From Octopus sinensis (taxonomy: Eukaryota), in the NCBI RefSeq assembly GCF_006345805.1, contig NC_043008.1, positions 66,402,001 to 66,466,000 of the forward strand: 64,000 nucleotides of DNA, in the 5' to 3' direction. Shown piece after piece: positions 39,099 to 51,720 of this stretch. The position numbers were made by a program, and so were the translations under genes. The notes under the pieces were generated by a model. That model had not been told where the DNA came from and searched no databases. It saw nothing but the letters and a program-made list of their open reading frames with translations. Position 1 is the first letter of the stretch; each line of letters starts with the position of its first letter.

Positions 39099-39359
39099 AA
39101 ACTGTACATGTCAGTGTGTATGAGAACCCTTAAAAGAAGACTTTCAGTTTAGAATTCTTGTGTATGCATGTGTGTGTATGTACATGTATTAGCTTATGTG
39201 TTTGAGCATGTCTGCATGGATACACAACCAAATTACTTGCTGTATGCATGTGTGATGATTTTATTTTGTCATTTTGTTAATACTTAAGAAACACTTTCTG
39301 TTTGTATGTGTATGTGTATGTTTGTGAGTATGCATGAGTCATAACAATTTTTTTATGGT

Positions 39360-39392
<33 letters not shown>

Positions 39393-40082
39393 ATATATAT
39401 ATATGTATATGCTTTCTGTAGTCTGCATTGCACATAAACATTTATAATTATGTGTGTGTGTGTGTGTGTATGAATTCATTTACATGTCACAGTTTTTGAA
39501 ATAAGTATCTGTGTCATGCATTCAAAGTGCACTCAGCATGTTTGTATGTTTGAATATGTGTGCGTACGTGCGTGCGTGTGTGTGTGTGCGTGTGGTATTT
39601 GAGTGCTTACACTTCCTGAATACGTATCAGTGTTTCTCTTGATGTATAATCCTCATTCCATGGGATTAATTGCCTGAGTTAACCCCCCACCCCTTGCCAC
39701 TGCCACCAATGAAAATGTCGTTTGCTCTTAATCCTGTTTATAAACAACTTCTCAGAATGATGATGAGGGGAGGCAGTTGCAGGGTAGGGAGAGGTAGTGC
39801 AACCTGTCACTCAAACATTTCATAGCATTTTCTATGCACTTTTTGTATCCTATCCGTCTATTTGTCTGCCTCTGTCTGTCTTTCTGTCCGTCCATTTGTC
39901 TGTCTGCCTGTCAGTTCATCAGTCTGTCCATTTACCTATCGGGTAAGAAAACTGATCACCACATCCCTGGCAAGAGTATGACATTTAACAATGATGATGG
40001 TTAATGATAAAACCTGTGGAGAGTGGAGATAGACATAAACTGTAAAACAATGATGATAAAGAAATTATTATTATTAGTCCAC

Positions 40083-40567
40083 TTATGCATACCTTTCCTT
40101 CTTGGGACACAAAACTCTACTTGTGAAGACCTGCTGAGGCAAGTGAAAATCGAAATCGATCAACATCAATGGAAATTGCAGCTGTGATACCAGTGCCAGT
40201 GGTACGTAAGAAAACCATCCGAACGTGGCCGTTGCCAGCGCCACCCCGACTGGCCTCATGCCAGTGGCACGTAAAAAGCACCATCCGATCGTGGCCGTTG
40301 CCAGCCTTGCCTGGCCCCCGTGCCGGTGGTACATAAAAAGCACCATCGGATCATGGCCGTTTGCCAGCCTTGTCTAGCACCAGTGCCGGTGGCACGTAAA
40401 AGCACCCACTACACTCATGGAGTGGTTGGCGTTAGGAAGGGCATCCAGCCGTAGAAACATTGCCAGATCAGACTGGACCTGGTGCAGCCTTCTGGCTTCC
40501 CAGACCCCAGCTGAACTGTCCAACCCATGCTAGCATGGAAAGCGGACACTAAACGATGATGATGATG
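40083..40567 (+). mobile_element. RTE LINE 3' UTR variant with four ~60-66-bp tandem units
   Basis: Cores GTGCCGGTGGCACGTAAAAAGCACC at ~40194, 40260, 40320, 40383; standard UTR and (GAT)n tail follow. Confidence 0.85.
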
Positions 40568-40569
40568 CT

Positions 40570-41530
40570 TATTAAGGTGGTGAGCTGGCAGAGTCGTTAG
40601 CATGCCAGGCAAAATGCATAGCACTATTTCATCAGTCTTTGTGTTCTGAGTTCAAATTCCACCGAGGTTGACTTTGCCTTTCCTTCTTTCAGGGTTGATA
40701 AATTAAATACCAGTCAAGTACTGGGGGGTTGATGCAATCGACTTACCACCTCCTCCAAGTTTTCAGGCCTTGTGCCTCACAGAGGCAATGATGAATAACC
40801 AAGGCCTTGACATTTTATCATGCTTGAGAAGAAGACCCATCAAGCCAAGTAAAATCACAGTCCAGTCGTGGCAGATACTGGTGTCATGCAAATGGCACTT
40901 GTGCTAGTGGCACATAAAAGCACCCATTACACTCTGGTTGGCATTAGGAAGAGCATCCAGCCATAGAAACCATGCCAAATCAGGTGTGAGTCTGATGCAG
41001 CCTACCAGCTTACCAGCCCTGGTCAAACCGTCCAACCCATGCCAGCATGGACAACGGACGTTAAATGATGATGATGATGATTTTTATTATTATCAATAAT
41101 GAGGCAGTGAGCTGGCAGGATCGTTAGCACGCCAGGCAAAAATGCTTAGGGGCATTTTGTCTGTCTTCGTGTTCTGAGTTCAAATACCACCAGGGTCGAC
41201 TTTGCCTTTCATCCCTTTGGGGTCAATAAAATGAGTACCAGTCAAGTACTGGGGTCAATTTAATTGACTATCCCCATCCTGCAAATTTCAGGCCTTGTGC
41301 CCATATCAGAAAGGATTATTATTAAGACGGTGAGCTGGCAGAATCGTTAGCATACCAGGCAAAATGTTTAGCAGCATTTTGTTTGTCTTCATGCTCTGAG
41401 TTCAAATTCTGCCAAAGTCAACTGTTGCTTTTCTTCCTTTCAGGGTCAATAAAATAAGTACTAGTTGATCACTGGGGTCAATATCAATTTGGCCCCTCCC
41501 CTGAAATTGTTGGCCTTGTGCCAAAACTTG
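40570..41530 (+). mobile_element. Array of SINE family B copies with an inserted RTE 3' fragment (~40790-41080)
   Basis: Three AAGG(T/C)GG(T/C)GAGCTGGCAG heads separated by (ATT)n. Confidence 0.8.
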
Positions 41531-41640
41531 AATTATTATTATTATTATTATTATTATAAGTCAGGTTTTGTTGGAACTCCTGGAGTCTTGCATGTATAGT
41601 GGGCTTACTACTTGCAGCCTACAGTATCATGCTATCTGTT

Positions 41641-42012
41641 AGGAGTAGAAGTGGCTGTGTGGTAAGTAGCTTGCTTACGAACCACATGGTTCCAGGTTCA
41701 GTCCCACTGTGTGGCACCTCGGGCAAGTGTCTTCTACTATAGCCTCGGGTTGACCAAAGCCTTGAGCAGATTTGGTTGACGGAAACTGAAAGACGCCCAT
41801 CGTATGTGTGTGTGTTTTTGTGTTTGTCCCCCCCCAACATCGCTTAACAACCAATGGTAGTGTGTTTACGTCCCCATAACTTAGCGGTTTGGCAAAAGAG
41901 ACCGATAGAATAAATACTAGGCTTACAAAGATGTCTTAAGGTTGATTTGCTCGACTAAAGGTGGTGCTCCAACATGGCCACAGTCAAATGACTGAAACAA
42001 GTAAAAGAGAGT
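41641..42012 (+). mobile_element. SINE family A, full length
   Basis: Head and tail match 9985-10392. Confidence 0.9.
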
Positions 42013-42072
<60 letters not shown>

Positions 42073-42489
42073 GCATACAGTACACAGATATATAATAAGT
42101 ACATCCACACACTTTGGTGCATACATTGCACACACAATTATATATGTGTGTATAGCTTTATACATTCTTGTTAGATAAATCTTAAATTATATATTAATTA
42201 AATTAGGAAATACTTTCATGTCAAGATGAAAATGTATCTCCCATCTGAAATTCTTTGCATTATTCTGTATCCACAATGCCATCATCTCCATCTGTAGGTG
42301 TCTAAAGAATGGTGGCAGCTCTGACATTAGAGCACATTCTAGTAGCAATTGAATAAAAGAGAGAAGGATAATGGTAGTGAGTACGACCAAAGTGGAAAGG
42401 AAAGATAGAAAGGAAAAGGTAGACTAGGAGATGGGGGCTTCAAATGATCCTCTTTCAGCTGTCTCTCTTGTAAATGGTGGAATGAATAG

Positions 42490-42965
42490 CGTTCTGATGG
42501 TAGTGTTAGTGGTGACGGCAGTAACAATTATTGTGGTGGTGGTAGTAGTATTAGTGGTGAGGACAGTGGTGACCATTGTGATGGTAGTAATGACTGAAAT
42601 AGTGGTGATGGTTGTAGTAACTGGTGGTGATGGTGGTAATAGTGGTGATGCTTGCAGTAACTGGTGGTAGTGGTGATGTTGGTAGTAGTGGTGGTGGTAG
42701 TAGTGATGATGATTGCAGTAACGATAGTGGTGGTGGTGGTAGTAGTGATGGTGGTAATAGTGATGGTGGTAATAGTGGTGATGGTTGCAGCAACTGGTGT
42801 TGGTGGTAGTGGTAGTAGTAGTAATGATGATTGCAGTAATGGTGGTGGTGGTAGTAGTGGTGATGGCTGCAGTAATTTTGGTGGTATTGGTGGTCATAGC
42901 AGCGATGGTGGCAATGGTAACTGTTATATGGCAATGATGGGGATAATAGAAGTGTTGGCAGTAGT
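42490..42965. repeat. (GGT/GTA/GAT)-rich low-complexity trinucleotide tract
   Basis: Gives poly-Val/Gly/Thr/His ORFs in several frames, typical of simple repeat. Confidence 0.85.
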
Positions 42966-43988
42966 AGACAATGGGAGAAGAAACTTGCCCAAGGTGCCAA
43001 GATGTAGTGGGATCAAGCCTGGAACTTTGATTACTAAGCAATCATCTTAACCACATCTTCGTCTGTACCAGATTAGTTTCTTCCAGGCATGAGCAACATT
43101 TCCTAAGAAGTGGGCCACATGGGACATAGCTTATCATTAGATGGATTGTGCTACTAAAAAAAATTCAAGGTTATATTTTGTTAGGGATAACCTTTAGAAA
43201 GCCCCACAAGTCACAGTTTGCCTATAGCTGGTTTTTGCCTTGAAATGAGTTCAGATCTTGCTGAGGTTGACTTCGCCTTGACATGGACAAGGTTGTGATG
43301 GAGAAGGCAAATAAAATGACAAGCTCCAGTAATATGTTGATTGATTTCAAATTTTAACACAAGGCCAGCAATTTCGAGGGAGGAGGTAAGTCAATTACAT
43401 CGACCCCAGTACTTAATTTTATTGACCCAAAAGGATGAAAGGTAAAGTCAACCTTGGAAGAATTTGAAGACGGACAGAATGCTACTAAGCATTTTGCCCA
43501 GTGTACTAACAATTCTGCCAGATCACTGCCTTACAAGTACCAGTAATATATTGGTATAAATTAACACTTTTGATATGAACCTACCTGTGTCTGCTAGGAC
43601 TAAAGTATTTATATTTAAATAAAAATCTCAATGAGAATGTCATTACATCACAAATATTAATGTGATTTAGTTGGTTAACATCAATATATATTGTTCACCA
43701 ATATAGATAAACTTCTTAATATTTTATTAAAACCTTCCAAAATCTTAATAGAAAATCAAAACAATCATTTTTATTTGGGCAGCAAGGTGGCAGAATCATT
43801 AGCATGCTGGACAAAAATGCTTAGTGGCATTTCGCCTGTCACTACATTTGGAGTTCAAGCTCCACCAATGTCAACTTTGCTTTCATCTTTCCAGGGTTGT
43901 TAAAATAGGTACCAGTTGAACACTGGGGTCAATGTAATCAACTCATTCCCCTCCCCAAAAATTTCTGCCCTTGTGGCAAAATTTGAAA

Positions 43989-44049
<61 letters not shown>

Positions 44050-44374
44050 GTGCAGGCATGGCCATGTAATTAACAAGTTTCTCAACCATGTGGTTTTATG
44101 TTCACTGCATGGCATGTATCTTCCATTATAACCCAAGACCAATTAAAGCTTTATGAGTAGTAAAGATATAAATGTGTGTGTGTGTGTGGTAAACAGTAAT
44201 ATTAAAGATCCCCTTCTTCCACAAATGACATGGGATTGCACCTAGAAGGTCCCCACCACCAGGCACAAATCTCAGCAAGGCTGGTCAAAGTTTGGTTGAA
44301 AGTTGTGATGAATCCCAGCTTATCAGATCTGTAGCAAACATAGTCTTGGAAATTCTGAGCATTTTGATGTCATC

Positions 44375-44880
44375 AGCTTGGAATAAATAATATTTATGGC
44401 TTGTTGGTGAGTAAAAAACAAAAACAAAGAGATTATGAGGGTTTCTAATTCTTGATTATCTGACATTAAAATTGAGCATTAGCGAAGTAGTATTCTTTAA
44501 GTTGTAATCCAGCTGCTGTCAGTATTGGCTCTTGAGATTTATTGATTGATGTAGCCATGGAATTCTGGGTATAAATGCATTCTTTCTTTGTTGTGTTGGG
44601 CTTTTTAACCATTAGTCTTGTGCCATTGCATTTCTGTGACTGACCTGAGTTACACAGCAGTGTTACTGAAGGAAGGAGTGATTTTTCTTTGCCTCTGTGT
44701 AGTGGTGGACCTGGAGGTTTTGATGAATTTTAAAAAATTTTGTAGGATAGAGAACTATTTTATTTTTCACATCTACTACAGGGTCTATTGATCTGAAGAT
44801 ATGTTTAGCCATTTCTTGGAAATGCTTGCAACAGCTGCTAGTAAATACTGTTGACTCAAGCATTTCTTGCTTTCTACCCA
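44375..44880 (-). mobile_element. Decayed Helitron RepHel fragment (PIF1-like helicase C-terminus)
   Basis: Minus translation with frameshifts: RSIDPVVD..LYPTKF, NSSKPPGPPLH, LLCN...KCNGTRLMVKK (44613-44630), AFIPRIP, INKSQ..L..AGLQL (44531-44545). Motifs occur in the order seen in Helitron PIF1 helicases. Confidence 0.8.
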
Positions 44881-44909
44881 CTTTAGAAACAAAAGAAATT
44901 ATCATTATT

Positions 44910-45124
44910 ATTAAGGCAGTGAGCTGGCAGAATTGTTAGCACGTTGGACGAAATGCTTTGTGCTACGTTCTGAGTTCAAATTCTGCGAAGGTTGACTTTG
45001 CTTTTCATCCTTTCACAATTGATAAATTAAGTACCACTGAAACACTGGGATTGATGTAATCAACTAGTCCCCTCTGCCCAAATTTGAGGCTTTGTGCCTC
45101 CAATAGAAAGGACTGTTATTATTA

Positions 45125-45159
<35 letters not shown>

Positions 45160-45545
45160 GAGGCAGCAAACTGGCTGAGTCATAAGTGCGCTGGGTGAAA
45201 TGCTTAGCAGTATTTCGTTTGTTGCCACATTCTGAATTCAAATTCCACTGAGGTCAACTTTGCTTTTCATTCTTTTGGGGGTCGATGAAATAAATACCAG
45301 TCAAGTACTGGGGTTGGTGCAATCAACTTACCCCTCCCCAAAATTGCTGGCTTTGTGGCAAAATTTGAAATTATTAAATGTTGTGAGCTAGCAGAACTAT
45401 TACTGTGGTTGACAAAATTCTCAGTAACATTTCTTCTGACTCCTTATATATTCTGAGTTCAAATCCTGTCAAGGTCAACCTTGTTTTTCATCCTTTCAGA
45501 CATCAATAAAATAAAGTACCAGTTGAGCACTGGGATCAATATAAT
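44910..45545 (+). mobile_element. Head-to-tail array of three SINE family B copies
   Basis: Repeated GGCAG(T/C)GAGCTGGC heads with (ATT)n between them. Confidence 0.8.
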
Positions 45546-46152
45546 CACCTTCCCTTTTCTCCTCCCAGTTTCTGGCCCTGTACCAAAACCAAAAAAGGAT
45601 ATTATTGCTTCAAATAAAAAACAATTATTTTTATTGTGTGCGAAGACAAGTAACTTGCTTAAACAGTTCATCAGATTTCTTTCATTGACTAAATAAATAA
45701 ATAATTAATAAATAATAATAATAATAATTAATAGACATCATCGGCTTTTCTCATAAATCAGCTGCTGATTGCTTTTAGCATTTAAGAAACAATTTATCCA
45801 TCTCAAAATCAATATATCCTGTGACCTCGTTTAACACAGATATTATTATCCTCTTTCTTACTTAGCAAAACCAGTTACCATTATAACGTCTATTTTCATC
45901 AATCATCTCCTTCTTGTTTCTTTATTTCCTCCTACTCTTCCTCCTATTTCTTTTCAAATTTCAGGATTTTACTTATGGTAGTGATTTAGTGGAAATTGTC
46001 GAGAATCTGCTGAACTGGATACTTTGTAGTTAGTTTGTTGTTTGTTATTTTCTTGTTCTCAGTTCAAACTTTACCTTAGTCATTTGGTGAAAAAATTCTC
46101 AACATAGTCATGTTAAATAATGGTGTGTGTATATATATATAATATATATATA

Positions 46153-46540
46153 TTCTTTTACTCTTTTAGTTGTTTCTGTCATTTGACTGTGGCCATGCTG
46201 TAGCACCGCCTTTAGTCGAGCAAATCGACCCCAGGACTTATTCTTTGTAAGCCTAGTAGTTATTCTATCGGTCTCTTTTGCCGAACCGCTAAGTGACGGG
46301 GATGTAAACACACCAGCATTGGTTGTCAAGCAATGTTGGGGAGGCAAACATACACACAAACACACACACATACACATATACAATGGGCTTCTTTCAGTGT
46401 CCGTCTACCAAATCCACTCATAAGGTTTTGGTTGGCCCGAGGCTATAGTAGAAGACACTTGCCCAATGTGCCATGCAGTGGGACTGACCCTGGAACCATG
46501 TGGTTGGTAAGCAAGCTACTTACCATACAGCTACTCCTGC
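46153..46540 (-). mobile_element. SINE family A, full length
   Basis: Reverse complement match. Confidence 0.9.
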
Positions 46541-46544
46541 GCCT

Positions 46545-46980
46545 ATCAAATTCGATGACTGGCATCCATGCTAGTAGAGCACTAAGAGTACCATATGAGC
46601 GTAATCGTTGCTGGAGCAACAAGCTGGCCTCCGTGCTGATGGCACATAAAAAGCACCATTCAACACCTTATTGGCACTTGTGCTGGTGGCACGTGAAAAA
46701 ACATTCAAGCAAGGTCATTGCCAGTGCCACTGGACTGGCTCCTGTGCAGGTGGCACATAAAAAGCACCATTTGAGCATGGCCGCTGCCAGTACCGCCTGA
46801 CTGGCCCTCGTGCTAGCGGCATGTAAAAGCACCCACTACACTCTCGGAGTGGTTGGTGTTAGGAAGAGCATCCAGCTGTAGAAACTCTGCCACATCAGAT
46901 TGAAGTCTAGTGCAGCCATCTGGTTCGCCAGACCTCAGTCAAATTGTCCAACCCATGCTAGCATGGAAAGTGGACATTAA
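46545..46980 (+). mobile_element. RTE LINE 3' UTR variant with four tandem units
   Basis: Repeated TGGCAC(A/G)T(A/G)AAAAAGCAC cores then standard UTR end. Confidence 0.75.
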
Positions 46981-47836
46981 GGCAGCACCTCAGTATGACC
47001 GCAGTCTAATGAGTGAAACAGTAAAAGACTGTCGCTTGGCTTGCTAGAAATAGCAGTTAAATCTCTCTGGCTTCCAAATCATATCCTGCCATCTTTACCA
47101 GATTTGAATTCAGTTGTTACTACAAAGAAATCCCATCTGCTGACTTATAAAGTGAGAAATGAACCTCCTTATGATACTTATTTTACGGGAGGGAGTCTGG
47201 ATCAGTGAGTGTTAAATCTGATGATATTATTTACCTGTCTCACGCTTTCTCAAGCAAAGTGTGATCAAAGGTACTCTGCTCATGACCATCTTGTCTTTTT
47301 CTTATGTGCAGGAAATTCAGGATTCATTATATATATGTCTCTTAATCTAATCCAAAAGAATGGGATTTGAGGGAAATTTCTATTTTATTTCTAGCAAAAT
47401 CAAGCTCTAATATGGGTTGCTATGAAGTTAGTCAGATGATGATGATGGAATGCAAAATATCAACAGTTTGACTTTTAGAGTCACTCTCTACTCTGTCATC
47501 TATGACGACCCTTCCTCCCCCTCTCTCTGTGTCTCATTCTTCTCTATCCTACCCTCTCATGCTCTCTTTCTCTCCTTCTCTCTCCCTCTCTATTCTTCTT
47601 CCTCATCTTAACTGACACCAATACATACATCACAAGAAATTCTTCTATAATCATCCCACCTCTCCAACCAACCACCACATGCATAAATCAAGAAATAAGA
47701 AGTAAGTGGCAGGTATTCTATACCCACTTCCTCTCTCTCTCCCTCCCTCTCTCACTCTCTTTCATATATATTTTTTTTGACATCTCTCCCTTTCCTTTTC
47801 CTTCCACTTTGATTTTTTTCTCTTCCTCCATCCTTG

Positions 47837-47894
<58 letters not shown>

Positions 47895-48426
47895 CTTTTT
47901 TATTCAGGAATCTATCTTCCTGCTTCTCTTTCTTTTCCTGTGTGTTTAATTTTTTTCATCCCCCCCCCGTCTCTGTCTCCCCATCCTCCTTCCCTCCCTG
48001 TTGTTTTTCTCTCTCTCTCTCGATAGACAAATATATATATATATATTTATATTTGTCTATCTTTCCCATTTACATTTCTCCCCCATCTCTGCACACACAC
48101 ACACACACAACTGAAACTTAATTCAAGAATGCTTCTATTCAGCCCTAACAAAACTTAAATCATAAGACAACAGCAACAACATCAGCAATAGTAATTAACA
48201 AAAGACAAACAACAACAACAACAATAGTCCCAAACAAACATTGAACAGCAACAGAAAACAAGTTCCTTAACCTTAGTTTGTTCCTTATTTTCTTCTCTTT
48301 GAGGTAACAGTTTTCAGTAGAAATAATTGAAACTGCTTCCTTCATCACAGGCATGTTTTTTAGATTCCTTTTACATATTTATTTTGTCTTTATCATATAT
48401 ATATACATACATACATACATACATAC

Positions 48427-48472
<46 letters not shown>

Positions 48473-48566
48473 GGTCCCGGGTTGAGTCGGGGTTAACCAC
48501 AGTAAATAAGATACTCAATACATAATCTGCCTAAATGTATAAATGCCAAAACTATTCTTGACACCA

Positions 48567-48617
48567 AGCTTCCTGATGATTTCATTTGAATGAAACAGTT
48601 CTAGTCCTGTAGAAGCT
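48567..48617 (+). ncRNA. Type I hammerhead ribozyme motif (stem II closing pair mismatched)
   Basis: AGCTTC CTGATGA T TTC ATTT GAA T GAAA CAG TTCTAGTC CTG TA GAAGCT. Stem I is 6 bp, core CUGAUGA and GAAA intact, stem III ACAG/CUGU, GUA triplet with predicted cleavage after 48611. Confidence 0.7.
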
Positions 48618-48635
48618 CCTTCTATAAAATAAATA

Positions 48636-48696
<61 letters not shown>

Positions 48697-48698
<2 letters not shown>

Positions 48699-48893
48699 TC
48701 AAGACTATTGAAAAGGTTGCAAGACGCAACGAAAATTTTAGGAAAATAAAAATAAGAAATAAGTGGAAATTTTACCGGTGAGTGTGTTACATTATAAGGC
48801 ACAAAAAGAAAATTACTCTCCCCGGACACAACAGAATATGCTTCAACACACGAACTCATATAAAGAATCTTGCAAACCAAATCCAAAAACAAA
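48697..48893 (+). mobile_element. ~195-bp unit, same family as 7376-7571
   Basis: Same start (AGTCAAGACT(A/G)TTGAAAAGG) and same end (CCAAAAAC(G/A)AAA) as the 7.4 kb copy. Confidence 0.85.
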
Positions 48894-49194
48894 ATGTATA
48901 TATGTGATATTATTTTCTTATATTTGAGGAGAGTGGAAGAGTATTTGCATTTTCATTGTTTTTTTTCTCCTTAAATGTATTACTCAAACTTCCTTATCAC
49001 CACTGTCATCATCATCGTCATCACATTATTACCACCACAAATACTACCACCATCATCATCAGCACCACAAACACTACCACCAACATCAGCACCACCACCA
49101 CCATCATTCCTCTCTGTTTCTTTTTTTTTTTTTTTTTTTTTTTGCTTCTTCATATTTTTCTCTTATTAGTGTTATTATCAGTTGCCCTTATGGC

Positions 49195-49790
49195 AAATAA
49201 AACTTGAGCTAGCAGAACTGTTATTGTGCCAGGCAAAATGGTTATCGGCATTTCATCCATCTTTACATTCTGAGTTCAAAATCCACTGAGGTTGACTTTT
49301 TTATCCTTTCGGGGTTGATAAAATAAATACCAGTTAATTAATTATTGGGGGCAGTATTATCAACTTACCCCTTCCCCTGAAACTGTTGGCCTTCTTCCAG
49401 CTTTACGCTCCGAGTTCAAACACCAAAGTGAACTTTGCCTTTCTTCCTTTTAGATTTGATAAAATAGGTACTAATTAGTTGAGCATTGAGGTTGATGTTA
49501 ATAATTAACCCTCACTCCCACCCCCTGCCCTGATTTCAGGCTTTGTGCCTATAATTGAAAGCATTATTATTATTATTAAGGTGGTGAGCTGGCTAAATTG
49601 TTGGCACGCTGGATGAAATTCTTAGCGGTATTTTGCCCGTCGCTACCTTCTGAGTTCGAATTCTGCTGCGGTTGACTTTGCTTTTTATCCTTTCAGGATC
49701 GATAAAATAAGTACCGGTTGAATACTGGGGTCGACGTAATCGACTCATCTCCATCACTCCCAAGCTGCATTTGTGGCAAAAATTTGAAAT
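49195..49790 (+). mobile_element. Array of SINE family B copies
   Basis: Repeated family B bodies with (ATT)n. Confidence 0.75.
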
Positions 49791-50950
49791 AAGCATAATT
49801 ATTATTATGAATAACCTACTTTAGGTTGGTGCTTTTTCTGCTGACTGTCACAGCAGTTTTTTAGAATTCTTGACATAGAATTATTTCCCTGCAATAAAAT
49901 AAAAAAATTTTTTAATTTCAAAATTAAGAAAAAAAAACAAAACAAATAAAGCATGTTGGTAGTGAGGTGCATGAGTGCGGAGAGAGACGGAGAAAAGAAA
50001 GAAAAAAAGATTGAAAAAAGTTTAGAAATAAAGAAATTATTCTTACAAAATACACTCCCAATGTGTGTGTGTGTGTATCTATATATATATAAATATATAT
50101 ATATAGATACACACACACACACACACGCACATATATATATATATATTATATATATATATATATATTATATATATATATATCAGTGTAAAGGTGCCAATGT
50201 TTAAAGGTATTGAACGTTTTTTGTTGTTGATTAAGAATTGATCTTGTGTGCGCAATGGAGCATGAAATACCATTTGTCAATGTAAGATTAAGGAATAGGA
50301 GATGGGGAGGGAGGTAGATTTTCATTTTTTTTTTCTATTTTCAAAAGTATTCATTGTTTTGTCTGTGCAAATGGATAAAAGAAACTCTGAGAGGAAATTA
50401 AATGTAACAGTATTATGGTTGTTTGATTTTTCTGTTTTTTATTTCTATTTTTAAATTTTTACTTGTTTGTTTTTTGTATTAAACCTGCAATGAAAGGTGC
50501 TGAAGCTGGTTAATGAGATATACATAGTGGTATATGTTGCAAGTTACTGTTTACTATCATGTGTTACACTAGTTGTAGGTTCAAATCTCACCTAGAATTT
50601 TCATTGATCTCTTTGTTTTTCTTTTTCTTCTCCTTTCTTTCAATTTTTTTTTTTTTATTTTAGCCTTTTACTGACTTCAGTCATAGATTTGCAGCCATGC
50701 TGAACCACCTTCTTGAGAGTTTTTAGTAAATGATATCAACCCCTTCCTTGACACTTAGTCTGATAATTATTTTATTCATCTCTAGTTAACAAATGGCTTG
50801 AGGTTTATCTGGAGTAATATCCTCTTCTTAGGAAGTTATTTATCCCTAAAAGGGTGTCTGTGTGTCTGTCTGAAAAATTACAATGAATTTACAGGTATAC
50901 ACATGCATTTATATATATATATCTATCTATCTGTCTATCTATCAATTTCC

Positions 50951-50986
<36 letters not shown>

Positions 50987-51178
50987 AAACCAAATAATTA
51001 TTCACCCCCACAATGGTTTTACCATCTTGAAACTAGAATAGAATTTTCTACACCAGAATAATTTCAGTATGAGTATGGAATTCAACAGGCTTGATAACCC
51101 AGTACTTGGGTCGAGTGCTTCATTGGAGATACCCTATCTTTATACTCTACCAGGACCTTAGATTTGCGTGTGTACGTG

Positions 51179-51543
51179 TAAAATCAAAATAAGTAACAGG
51201 ATATCAAATAGTAATGCAGTACAACCATTTCAAGTGGCTCCATTTAATTGAACAATGCAATGATTACATCAATTTAAATACAGCACTATCTTCAGCTGCA
51301 CAAATAGGGATTTTCAACAGACTAGATATATTAATATAATTTTCCTTAAATATTTTAACATATTTAAATATTTAAGAAAAATTATATTGATATATCTTTG
51401 TCTATTGAAAATCCATATTTATGCAGCTGGAGATAGTGCTGTATTTAAATTGATGTAATGATTGTATTGTTCAATTAAATGGAGGTGCTTGAAACAGTCA
51501 TACTGCATTACTACTTGGCATCCTGTTACTTATTTTGATTTTA
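51179..51543. mobile_element. Palindromic (fold-back) MITE, ~180-bp arms, TA ends
   Basis: TAAAATCAAAATAAGTAACAGGA at left pairs with TCCTGTTACTTATTTTGATTTTA at right; pairing continues to the centre near 51360; a single-arm relic lies at ~38735-38868. Confidence 0.85.
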
Positions 51544-51607
51544 TTCACCTTACTTCGAGCTATGTGGATAATACCAGACTGACTTAGTGCCTCAACTGAA
51601 TCTTAAT

Positions 51608-51673
<66 letters not shown>

Positions 51674-51685
51674 ATATATTTATAT

Positions 51686-51720
<35 letters not shown>

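Noticed and set aside
40190-40410. CRISPR-like array (25-bp repeat with ~37-bp spacers)
   Set aside because: Spacers resemble each other, the array is inside a LINE UTR, the genome is eukaryotic, and there are no cas genes.
42424-43050. Poly-Thr/His/Val/Gly ORFs
   Set aside because: Trinucleotide low-complexity tract open in most frames on both strands.
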